In this document: piece after piece, positions 49,093 to 61,061 of the stretch
Layout: the number at the start of each line of letters is the position of its first letter
Position numbering within the stretch: the first letter of the stretch is position 1
NCBI RefSeq assembly: GCF_963921235.1
Contig: NC_086107.1
Span: forward strand, 99,698,001 to 99,762,000
DNA length: 64,000 nucleotides
Direction of reading: 5' to 3'
From: Mobula hypostoma
Lineage: Eukaryota
Position numbers and translations under genes: made by a program
The notes under the pieces: generated by a model
Database searches by the model: none
What the model was told of the DNA's origin: nothing
What the model saw: only the letters and a program-made list of their open reading frames with translations

Positions 49093-51357
49093 TCGCTCGG
49101 TAGAAGACAAACTGGATTGTGTTCATCTGTGGACCGCTGCGGGCTTGTTCTTGCCGACAGCATCCATGCATCATCCATCAGGAGATGACGCTCAAAGACT
49201 TGATCTACATGCAGACTATTTTCTAAGGAAGCTGAGATCCCTCAGTGTGTGCAACAGGATGTTGGAGATCTTTTACCAGTCTGTTGCAACGAGTGCAGTC
49301 TTCTTTGCGGCTTTATGTTGTGGGGGGGGAAGCAGCATCGGTGCTGGTGATGCAAAGAGACTAAATAAACTCATCAAAAAGGCTGGATGCTTCATTGGCT
49401 ACAACCCGGGCTCTTCTGAGTTAGTGGTGGAGAGGAGGTCACTAAACAAACTGTTATCCATTATGGACAATCTGGCACATCCTCTCCATGAGCTACTGAG
49501 TAAGTAGCGGAGCACCCTTTCGAACAGGTTCACTCAGCTCTGCTGTCACAAGGATCGTTACAGAAAATCTTTCCTACCAGACGCAATAAGCATATACAAC
49601 AGTTCATCTCTGTGTGACAGGAGAACACACATCATAGTACAATAGTCTCTGTTTTATTATTTCATACATTATTATTGCACAGTATTACACATTGGTAAAT
49701 TATTATTGTGTATATTATTATTCTGTCCTTATTATTAGTTAATATTATTATATATTATTATTTATTATTGCTAAGTGTATTTTTAAATGTTGCTGCTGTA
49801 ATGAAATAATTTCCCACTCGGGTTTAATAAAGTACTTATTATTATTATATATTATTTTGTGTGATTGTATGTTTACTGCTATCTTATATGTGCCTTGTGT
49901 TGTGTGTGACCGTGGATACTGTATTTTGCAGCTTGGCCCCAGAGGAACGCTGATTTGTTTGGCTGTTCTCATGGGTATTTATATATGGTTGAATGGCAAT
50001 GAAACAAACTTAAACTTGAATTGGGTGGATTATTGCTCCCTCTGCAGTATTCGTGTGGAACTGCACCGGGCTCCCGTCAGAACGGCCTCTCAATGGCACA
50101 GATATTCCGATTGATGTGGAAGGGGGACATCTGTTGGAAACAGGTGGAACTGCAGCTTCGTTGGAAGGACCGCCGGCTGGAACCCATCCCCTCCTGCCGA
50201 TGGAGGGGCTTGAGTTGGTGGCGGGTGGGGTGGGAGGCCCCTCAAACATTGAAATGGTGTATCACCTGCGGGGGGAGGGGCGACATGAACTGTTATGGTA
50301 CTAGGGCTCTTAAAATAAGTTAACACAACTGAAGTTATTGACCAGAATATAAAAGTTTCGCACTTTTTCTTTTGTAGATTTTTTTTGTATCATGAATAAA
50401 GTTGATTTTTGAAATATAATAAAAAAAGAACATAAAACTGCTTGGCACACAACGTCGATTCAAACTAATCCAATCTGCCTGCAAATAGGCTGAATCTCTC
50501 CATTCCCTGCAGTCTGCTCATGTCTGAATGCCTCTTAAACTTCTCTTCTGCCACTACCCCTGACAGTCCGCCCAGGTGCCTACCACTCTCTTCAGTAAAA
50601 ACAGTCCCGAGTATTTTTTTAAACCTTCCCTTTCTCACTTTAAGCTTAAGTCCTCTAGAATTTGACCTTTCCACCCTGGGGAAAAGACTCTGTCTACACT
50701 ATCTATGCCTCTCCTCTCTTCAATTGTCCATACTTCTGCCAGGTCTCCAGAGAAAACAACCCAGGTTTGTCCAACCTCTCCTTATGGCTAATACTCTCTA
50801 ATCCAGGCAGCATCCTGGTGAACCTCTTCTGCATCCCCTCCAACGCCTCCGCAAAAGAAGGCAGAGCACGGTGGAGAAGGCAGCTGGGAACGGGGGGGGG
50901 GGGCAGAGTGAAAGGGGAACTGAAGTGAGTGTGCAGAAGAAAAGGCCTACACACACCCCAGCTCCCATCACCCTATTTCTTCCCCCGGCCCCACCCACTC
51001 CATCTGTACAGCACCCACACACTTCAGGGTCCCCTATCCCCCATGACTCTACCTGCCCTCCCCACCATCCCTACATGGCTCCACATCCTGTCTTCCTTTC
51101 CCAGCCATCATCTTGTTGCCTCCACTTCTCACCCTCTGCCCCTATTTCCACTTTCCCCTCCTCCATCAGCCTATCACACCTCCCCACCTATCGCCCACCA
51201 GCTCTTGCTTCACCCTACTGGTACAGGAGCCTGAAAACACACATTCAACATTTTAGGAACAGCTTCTTCCCCTCCGCCATCGGATTCCTGAACTGACAAT
51301 GAACCCACGAACACTCCCTCACTGTTCTTGCTCTCTTTTTGCACTACTGATTTTATT

Positions 51358-52038
51358 TTTTTAGATTATGAGGACACTCAGTCCTCTTTTATTGTCATTT
51401 AGTAATGCATGCATTAAGAAATGATATAATGTTCCTCCAGTGTGATATCACAGAAACACAAGACAGACCAAGACTGAAAAACTGACAAAAACCACATAAT
51501 TATAACATATAGTTACAACAGTACAAAGCAATACCGTAATTTGATAGAAGAACAGACCATGGGCACGGTAAAAAAAGTCTCAAAGTCTCTCGAAAGTCCC
51601 ATCGTCTCATGCAGATGGTAGAAGGAAGAAAAACTCTCCCTGCCATGAGCTTCCAGCGCCGCAAACTTGCCAATGCAGCACCCTGGAAGCACCCGACCAC
51701 AGTCTGATTCTCAGTCGGTCCGAAAACTTCGAGCCTCCGACCAGCCCTCCGACACCGAGCACCGAGCACCATCTCTGCCGAGCACTTCAACCCCGGCCCC
51801 AGCTGCCAGCAACAGGCAAAGCCGAGGATTTGGGGCCTTCCCTCCGGAGATTCTCGATCGCACAGTAGCAGCGGCAGTGAAACAGGCATTTCAGAAGTTT
51901 CTCCAGGTGTTCCTCTGTGCTTCTCACGTCCGTCTCCATCAAATCAGGATTGTGCACGGCCCCTATTTAACAAATACGATATCATTTCACCGGAGAGGCC
52001 GCGCGCGCTGCATCGCGCCGCCATCTTCTCCTCCCTCC
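51358..52038 (-). mobile_element. Short non-coding non-autonomous retroelement; a second copy lies at about 61553-62150
   Basis: The two copies align over about 600 bp. The minus strand starts GGAGAAGATGGCGGCG and ends with AATAAA plus a short tail. No recognisable ORF. Confidence 0.6.
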
Positions 52039-52189
52039 AGGATCTTTTACATAGATTTCTTATTGTAATTAATAGTTTTTATATGTAATGCACTGAACTT
52101 TTGCTGCAAAACAAAACACTTTAAAGGAAATTTATTATCAAAGTACACACATATATACACAAAATGCATCACTGAATTATGGCTGAAAG

Positions 52190-54865
52190 AAGATTATGGC
52201 TGGGAGCTTAACAGACAAGAATACATTTCATATCGAAAGGACAGGCAGGTTAGGCAGACAGTGGTGGTGTAATTCTGCTGGTAAAATATGAAATCAAATC
52301 ATTAGAAAGTGGTGACATAGGATCGGAAGATTGTTGTGAGTAGGGCTAAGAAACTGCAAGGGTAAAAAGACCCTGATGCGAGCTATACACAAACCACCAA
52401 ACAGTAGGAAGAATGTGGTCTGCAAATGACAACGGGATTAACAGAAAATGTATGTCAAAAGGGCAATGTTACAGTAATCAGGGGGGATTTTAATGTGCAG
52501 GTAGATTGGGAAAATCAGGTCAGTGCTAGATCTCAAGAGGGTGAGTTTGTAGAATGTCTCCGAGATGGGTTTTTTATACCAGTTCGTGGTTGAACCCACT
52601 AGGGTATTAGCTATTCTGGATTTGGTGTTGTGTAATGAACCAGAATTGATTAGGGAGCCCTTAGGGGGTCAGTGATTATACTATGATAGAATCCACACTG
52701 AAATTTGAGAAATAGAAGCTAAAGTCAGGTGTATCAGTATTACAGTGGAATAAAGGGAATTACAGAGGCATGAGAGAGGAGCTGGCAAAAATTGATTGAA
52801 AGGGAACATAACAGGGATGACGGCAGAGCAGCAAATGCAGGCATTTCTGGGAGCAATTTGGAAGGCACAGGATATATACATCCCAAAGAAGAAGAGGTGT
52901 TCTAAAGGCAGAATGATGCAACTGTGGCTGACAAGAGAAGGCGACACCAACATCAAAGCCAAAGAGGGGGCATATAATAGAGCAAAAATTAGTGGGCAAC
53001 AACAGAGGGCAACTTAAAAAGTCATAAAGGAGGAAAAGATGGAATACAAAGGAAAGCAACCCAATTATATAAAAGAGGATACCAAAAGTTTCTTCAGATG
53101 TATATGTTGTAAAAGGGAGTAGATATCAGACCACTGGAGAGGTAGTAACAGGGGACAAGGAAGTGGTGATGAACTGAATAAGCACTTTGCATCAGTCTTC
53201 ACTGCGAAAGACACTAGCAATGTGCCAGAAGTTTGAGAGGACAGAAGTGTATGAAGTTGCAATTATGAGGGAGAATGTACTTGGGAAACTGAAAGGTCTG
53301 AAGGAAGATAAGTCACCTGGACCAGATTTTCTACATCCCAGAGTTCTCAAAGAGGTAGCTGAAGAGATAGTGGAGGCATTAGTAATGATCTTTCAAGAAT
53401 CAACGGATTCTGGCATGGTTCTGGAGGACTGGAAAATTGCAACTGTCACTCCACTCCTCAAGAAGGCAGAAAGAATAAATTATAGGCCAGTTAGTCTGAC
53501 TTCAATATTTGAGAAGATGTTGGAGTTGATTGTTAAGGATGTTGTTTTGGAGTACTTGGAAGCACATGATAAAATAGGCCATAGTCAGCATGGTTTCCTC
53601 AAGGGAAATTCTTGTCTGCTACATCCATCAGAATTCCTTGAAAAAATAACAAGTAGGGTAGACAAAGGAGAATCGGTTGATGTTGTGTACTTCGATTTTC
53701 AGACGGCCTTTGACAAGGTGCCTCACATGAGACTGCATAACAAGTTAAGAGCCCATGGTATTACAGGAAAGGTACTAGCATGGTTAGAACATTGGCTGAT
53801 TGGTAAGAGGCAAAAAGTTGGAAAAAAAGGATTCTTCTCTGGTTGGCTGCTGGTGACTAGTTGTGTTCTTCAGGGACTGGTGTTGGGACTACTTCTTTTT
53901 ATTACATGTCAATGATTTGGATGATAGAATTGATTGCTTTGTGGCCAAGTTTGCAGATGTTATGAAGATAGTTGGAAGGGCAGGTAATTGTGAGGAAGCA
54001 GAGAGGATACAGAAGGACTTAGACAGATTCGGAGAATTGGCAAAGCAATGGTAGATGGAATACAGTGTTGGGAAGTGTATGGTCATGCACTTTGGTAGAA
54101 AAAATAAAACTGCAGACTATTTTCAAAATGAAGAGAAAATTTTAAAAGTCTGAGTTGCAAAGGGACTTGGGGTTCCTTGTGCAGGATTTCCTAAAGATTA
54201 ATTTGCAGGTTGAGTCATTGGTCAGGAAGGCAAATGCAATATTAGCATTCATTTCGAGAGGACTAGAATACAAAAGCAAGGATGTAATGTTGAGGCTTTC
54301 TAAGGCACTGGTGAGGCTTCACTTGGAGTATTGAGAATATCTAAGAAAGGATGTGCTGACTTTGGAAAGGCTTCAAAGGAGGTTCACAAAAATGATTCTG
54401 AAAATGAAAGGCTTATCATTTGAGGAGTGTTTGATGGTCCTGGGCCTTTTCTCACTGGAATTTAGATGAATGAAGGGGGAAATCACTTTGAAAGCTGTCG
54501 AATATTGAAAGGCCTTGATAGAGTGAATGTGGAGAGGGTGTTTCCTATGGTGGGGAAGTCTAAGACCAGGGGTCACAGTTAGAATAGGGGGATGACCATT
54601 TATAATGGAGATGAGCAGGAATTTCTATAGCCAGAGAGTAGTGAATCAAGGGAATTCATTGCCACAGGCGGCTGAGCAAGACAAGTCATTGGGTATATTT
54701 AAAGCAGAGGTTGCTAGGTTCTTGATTTGTCAAGGCATAAAGGGATATGGGGAGAAGGCAGGAGATTGGGCCTGAGAGGGAAATGGATCAGCCATGACGA
54801 AATGGTGAAGCAGAGTCGATGGGCCAAATGGCCTGATTCTGTTCCCATATTTTATGGGTTTATGT
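52190..54865 (+). mobile_element. Degenerate CR1 LINE ORF2 (APE and RT)
   Basis: KSPGPDFLHPRVLKE, NYRPVSLTS, YFDFQTAFDKVPH and KFADVMK, with multiple stops and frameshifts. Confidence 0.85.
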
Positions 54866-54869
54866 CACC

Positions 54870-56060
54870 AAACGTATTCCTGAGATTAATTTCGTGTGGG
54901 CTATCATAATAAACACAAGAAATACAGTAGGATCAGTAAGACAACACCACTGGGCAGACAACAATGTGTAAAAAAAAATCAACAAACAGCAAATACAAAA
55001 CAAAAGAGAAAAAAATAAATAAATATACAGTAATATTGAGAACTTAAGAAGAGTCTTTGAAAGTGAGTCTAGTTCTGTGAGTTGAGTTCAGTGGGAACAG
55101 TTCAGTGATGAGGCAAGTGAAGTTGAGTGAAGTTATCTCCTCCAGTTCAAGAGCCTGATGGTTGAGGGGTAATAACTATTCCTGAACCTGGTGGTGCCAG
55201 TCCTGAGGCTCCTGCACCTTCTTCCTGATGGCAGCAGCGAGAAGAGAGCATGTCCTGGATGTGGGGGTCCTTCGTGATGGACGCAGCTTTCCTGGAACAG
55301 TGCTCTCTGTAGACGTGCTCACTGGTGGGGAGATGGACTGGGTTGTATCCACTACTTTGTGTAAGATTTTCCATTCAAGGGCAATGGTGTTTCCACACCA
55401 GGCCATGATGTTAATATACTCTCCACCACACATCTATATAAGTTTGTCAAAGTTTTAGATGTCATGTTGAATGGTTGTAAACTTCTAACAAAATAGAAGC
55501 ACTGTTGTGTTTTCTTCGTAATGGCACTTACGCGCTGGGCCCAGAACAGATCCTCTCAAATGATAACACCGAGGTACCTAAAGTTGCTTTCGCTTTCCAC
55601 CTTTGATCCTCTGATGAGGACTGGCTCACCATTTCCTCCTCCTGAAGTCGATAATCAGCTCCTTGGTCTTGCTGACATTGAGTGAGAGTTTGTTGTTGTG
55701 GCACCACTCAGCCAGATTTCCAATCTCCCTCCTACACGCTGACTCGTCACCACCTTTGATTTGGCCAACGACAGTGGTGTCGTCAGCAAATTTAAATATG
55801 GCATTGGAGCTGTGCTTAGCCACACAGTCGTAAGTGCAAAGCGAGTAGAGCAGGGGACTAAGCACACAGCCTTGTGGTGTACCTGTGCTGATGGAGATCA
55901 TGGAGGAGATCTGGTTGAAAATCTGATTTAACTGTGGTCTGCAAGTGAGGAAATTGAGGACCCAGTTGCACAAGGAGATATTGAGCCCAAGGATTTGAAG
56001 TTTTTGATTAGCTTTGAGGGGATGGCATATTGAAAGTCATTTTTTAGTGATAATAAACCT
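54870..56060 (-). mobile_element. Rex1/Babar-like LINE 3' part
   Basis: [26 protein letters not shown] and [23 protein letters not shown]. Confidence 0.8.
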
Positions 56061-56600
56061 GATTCTGATTCCCATTCCCTTCCCCTCACCTCTGTACACG
56101 ACCATCTCACCACTATCTCCCTGTCCTGATAAAGGGTGTCAGCCCGAAACATTGACAGTTCATTTCCCTCCACAGATGCTGCCTGGCCCGCTGACTCCCT
56201 CCGGCAGATCGTTTGTTGTTTCAGACTCTGGCATCTGCAGTCTCTGCTGCCTCCAGGATGATTGAGTGGACGGGATTGCTCTGCTAGGTGCTAGCATTTA
56301 CACAACAGGCCGAATGGCTTCCTCCAGCGCTGTAACAGTTCTCTTGTTTCACGCTGCTGGAGTAGAGAATAGGAAGGGTCCCGGAATGTCAGGATTGGGA
56401 GCTTTGCCCAGGAACGGTGAGGGCTCTCTGATCACACCGCTCCCCCGCGAATCCGTGGGTCAGTGGCTGGTACCTGGGCGACCCACGTGGCGCCTTCCTC
56501 CTCAGGCCATCCCGGCTGCATTTCACGCCCCACACTGCCCATGAGCCTGGGCTGTGCGGCTGCTGTGACGGAGATCGGTCCTGAGGATGGGTTTCTCGCC

Positions 56601-57831
56601 ACTGGACGGAGGGATGGGAGGGACTGGAGGGACGGAGGGATGGGACTGGACGGAGGGGTGGGACTGGACGGAGGGATGGGACTGGACAGAGGGGTGGGAC
56701 TGGACGGAGGGGTGGGACTGGACGGAGGGATGGGACTGGACAGAGGGGTGAGACTGGACGGAGGGATGGGACTGGAGGGAGGGGTGGGACTGGATGGAGG
56801 GATGGGACTGGAGGGATGGAGGGATGGGACTGGACGGAGGGGTAGGACGGGATGGAGGGATGGGACTGGACGGAGGGAGGGATGGGACTGGAGGGAGGGA
56901 GGGGTGGGACTGGACGGAGGGATGGGACTGGATGGAGGGATGGGACTGGAGGGATGGAGGGATGGGACTGGAGGGAGGGGTGGGACTGGACGGAGGGATG
57001 GGACTGGACGGAGGGAGGGATGGGACTGGAGGGAGGGAGGGGTGGGACTGGAGGGACGGAGGGGTGGGACTGGATGGAGGGATGGGACTGGAGGGACGGA
57101 GGGATGGGACTGGAGGGAGGGGTGGGACGGAGGGAGGGAGGGGTGGGACTGGACGGAGGGAGGGATGGGACTGGAGGGAGGGAGGGGTGGGACTGAAGGG
57201 ACGGAGGGATGGGACTGGACAGGGGGCTGGGACTGGAGGGAGGGTTGGGACTGGAGGGAGGGAGGGATGGGACTGGACGGAGGGAGGGATGGGACTGGAG
57301 GGAGGGGTGGGACTGGAGGGATGGAGGGATGGGACTGGACGGAGGGGTGGGACTGGAGGGAGGGAGGGGTGGGACTGGACGGAGGGATGGGACTGGAGGG
57401 ACGGAGGGATGGGACTGGATGGAGGGGTGGGACTGGAGGGAGGGAGGGGTGGGACTGGAGGGAGGGATGGGACTGGAGGGACGGAGGGATGGGACTGGAG
57501 GGAGGGATGGGACTGGAGGGAGGGAGGGGTGGGACTGGACGGAGGGAGGGATGGGACTGGAGGGAGGGAGGGGTGGGACTGGACGGAGGGATGGGACTGG
57601 AGGGACGGAGGGATGGGACTGGAGGGAGGGAGGGGTGGGACTGGACGGAGGGGTGGGACTGGAGGGACGGAGGGATGGGACTGGACGGAGGGGTGGGACT
57701 GGAGGGAGGGAGGGATGGGACTGGAGGGACGGAGGGATGGGACTGGAGGGAGGGATGGGACTGGAGGGAGGGAGGGGTGGGACTGGAGGGAGGGAGGGGT
57801 GGGACTGGACGGAGGGATGGGACTGAGGGAG
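56601..57831. repeat. G-rich variant minisatellite, GGGACTGGA-(GGGA/CGGA)n-GGG(A/G)T
   Basis: About 1.2 kb of GGGACTGGA cores with variable 4-nt purine spacers. Confidence 0.95.
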
Positions 57832-58150
57832 GCGCGGTCGCCCATGCAGAGCGTCCCGAGCCTCATGACCACCCGGCTGAAGCAAAGGTACGACCCCTCT
57901 CCCGCGGCCCTGTGCCAAAGGACGGCGGCGGGATTAACGTGAAGGCGTCCCGCTGGAATCTGGAGCAGCTCACAGCTCACAGCCTGCTGTGGGGCCACAT
58001 CTGAGAGAGGGAAGGAACTCCCAACCTCTTGGATCAAAAACCCCCGCGACAGGACTGAGAGCGGTGGGGTGCGGGGTTGGGGGGATGGCCAGTATAGAGA
58101 GAGCGAGAGGGACTATTGGTGATGGGTGGAGTGAGGGAAGGCAGGCAGGT

Positions 58151-58868
58151 AGAGCTGGGTGGGGAGGGGGAGGGGAGGAGAGCTGGGTGGGGAGGGGGAG
58201 GGGAGGGGAGGGGAGTAGAGGGGAGGAGAGCTGGGTGGGGAGGGGGAAGGGAGGGGAGGGGAGTAGAGGGGAGGAGAGCTGGGTGGGGAGGGGGAAGGGA
58301 GGGGAGGGGAGGAGAGGGGAGGAGAGGGGAGGAGAGCTGGGTGGGGAGGGGGTGGGGAGGGGAGGAGAGCTGGGTGCGGAGGAGCGCTGGGTGGGGAGGG
58401 GGAGGGGAGGGGAGGGGGAGGGGAGGAGAGCTGGGTGGGGAGGGGGTGGGGAGGGGGTGGGGAGGGGAGGAGAGCTGGGTGGGGAGGGGAGGGGAGGGGA
58501 GGGGAGGAGAGCTGGGTGGGGAGGGGGAGGGGAGGGGAGGGGAGGAGAGCTGGGTGGGGAGGGGGAGGGGAGGGGAGGGGAGGGGAGGAGAGCTGGGTGG
58601 GGAGGGGGTGGGGAGGGGAGGAGAGCTGGGTGGGGAGGGGGAGGGGAGGGGAGGGGAGGAGAGCTGGGAGGGGAGGGGAGGGGAGGAGAGCTGGGTGGGG
58701 AGGGGGTGGGGAGGGGAGGAGAGCTGGGTGGGGAGGGGGAGGGGAGGGGAGGAGAGCTGGGTGGGGAGGGGGTGGGGAGGGGAGGAGAGCTGGGTGGGGA
58801 GGGGGAAGGGAGGGGAGGGGAGGAGAGCTGGGTGGGGAGGGGGAGGGGAGGGGAGGGGAGGAGAGCTG
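58151..58868. repeat. G-rich variant minisatellite, GAGAGCTGGGTGGGGAGGGG plus (GGGGA)n
   Basis: About 0.7 kb, seen directly in the sequence. Confidence 0.95.
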
Positions 58869-59664
58869 CAGCTGGGAGGTTGAGGGCAGGTGAGTGGTAG
58901 GTGGAGGTAGACAACCAGGGAAGAAAATGGAGGATCTCTGGGAATCAGGGGCACCCATTCCCTGAAGGAAACCCCAGCCAGAGGGACATTAGCCTGGCCA
59001 TTGTTGCAAACTTGGATCCTGATGGCGGGGTGAAGGGGTGAATCTCCACTCTCCGCTTATCAGCACCCACACCAAGTGGAACAGACTCCAGTTCCATAGC
59101 ACGCACAGCAGCTGTGATCAGTTCTTGTTCCCCACTCTCGGCAGGTTTTATGCAATCCATTTGTAATTGTAAATTTCTCCCAGTGTGTAGAACCTGGGGG
59201 GGTTGGTGGCAATGTGGAGTGTAGGCGGCTGGGTGGGGTGGTGACCTTATAAACTCATGAGGGATTGTGATGAAGCAAATAGCTTCAGACAAGAGAATCC
59301 TCCAGTGATCTAAACGGATCTCCCCAAGATCAAGATGCACGACGTAGGAGAAGAAAGGTGGCCAGAACGGTCAGAAACACTTCCTGTAGCACCAGCGTCA
59401 ACTCCTACATCCACCAGGGAGGCGGTCCCAGAACCTGAAACTGTTTCACAGTCACAAGTCTCTCCTGCCAAACAGAGGGTCAAGAAAGACATTATCCCAC
59501 AAGAGTAAGACAGCCGCCTCAGAGATTAAATCTTTAGGCCTGACTGGGACAAATTATAATTTACAGTACTCTGCTGTGGATGTCTGTATATAGTATTTGT
59601 ATTATACAATACACTGTGCATATAGTTGAAATGTATTCTCTATAGATTTGGCGTTTAAGCAGGG

Positions 59665-60020
59665 AGAACATAAGAACATAAGAAATAGGAGCAGTAGTCG
59701 GCCATCTGGCCCATCGAGCCTGCCCCGCCATTCAATACGATCATGGCTGATCTGGCCATGGACTCATCTCCACCTGCCTGCCTTTCCCCATAACCATTAA
59801 TTCCCTTGCTATGCAAAAACCTATCCAACCTGGTCTTAAATATATTTACTGAGGTAGCCTCCGTTGCTTCATTGGGCAGAGAATTCCACAGATTCACCAC
59901 TCTCTGGGGAAAGCAGTTCCTCCTCATCTCCATCCTAAACCTACTCCCCCGAATTTTGAGGCTATGTCCCCTAGTTCTAGTCTCTCCTAACAGCGGAAAC
60001 AACGTTCCTGCCTCTATATC
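59665..60020 (-). mobile_element. CR1 3' fragment
   Basis: FPLLGETRTRGHSLKIRG...RVVNLWNSLP plus (TTCTTATG)n tail. Confidence 0.8.
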
Positions 60021-60845
60021 TTATCTACAAACAATCTGCTATCTTATCTATCCTCTTGTGTTAGGAGTGTTGTGTATTTAATATTTCAATAATATTTGAG
60101 CAATCTTGTAAATAAGTTGTTGCTTAAACATTTTTGTTTAAATAATTCATTACAAGTAACATGTATAAATAACTGAATTGCACATGTGTGGTGGTAGAGG
60201 CAAATTCATTAGAGATATTTGGATAGACTCATGGATGTGAGGAAGATGGAGGGATATGGACATGGTGTAGGTAGGAGGGATTAGTGTTTGGATGTTTTTG
60301 ATTTGCTTTTTAACTGGTTCAGCATGACATTGTGGGCCGAATAGCCTGTCCTGTACTGCTCAATGTTCGATGTACCAATGAAAAGTATGTGCCTCGCTCA
60401 AAGTAAAGAACAAACTAAGACTCTCGTTTCAGACACTCTGTCTTTTCATTTTAATTAGTTTCATGTTTTGACATTACAAAAGGTAGCAGTCACAGTGGAG
60501 GAGTCTAAGAGCAGAGGACACAGGTTTAAGGTGTGAGGGATAACGTTTAAAGGGGATCTGAGGAGCAACTTTTTCACAAAGACGGTGGGCATACAGAACG
60601 AGCTGTCAGAAGAACTAACAGAGGTGGGAACGGTTACCCAAATACATGGATAGGAAAGGGTTAAGGGCATGTAAGCTAAATGGAGACAAACCTCAGGTCT
60701 GTATCCTGGTTGGTATGAATGAATTAGGTCAAAGTGCATGTTTTGTATAAATCTAGGATTCTAATGAAAAATGGGGTGATCAATTTCAGATTAGTGTAAA
60801 TGGTATGAATTTATGGGCTGAAGAGCCTCTTTCCATGCTGAATAT

Positions 60846-61061
60846 ACTTTCTCCCCTCTCCCCCTCCATCCTCCCCACCCCTCTCTCCTTCCCCCTCTCT
60901 CTACACTCTCTCCCCCTCTATCCCCTCCCTGTCTCCCCTCCCCTTGTATCTTCCCCCTCCCTCCCATGTCTCTCTTTCTGCCTCTCTCCCCTTCTCGCTA
61001 CCCCTCTCCCCAACACCTCTCTCTTCCCCTCCCCTTCTATCTTCCCCCTCTCTCTCCCTCT
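60846..61061. repeat. Polypyrimidine low-complexity tract
   Basis: About 215 bp, almost all C/T on the + strand. Confidence 0.85.

Noticed and set aside
56389..58958. Many long overlapping Pro/Ser-rich and Gly-rich ORFs (250-510 aa)
   Set aside because: They are open in nearly all frames because the G-rich satellites lack stop codons. Not evidence of coding.
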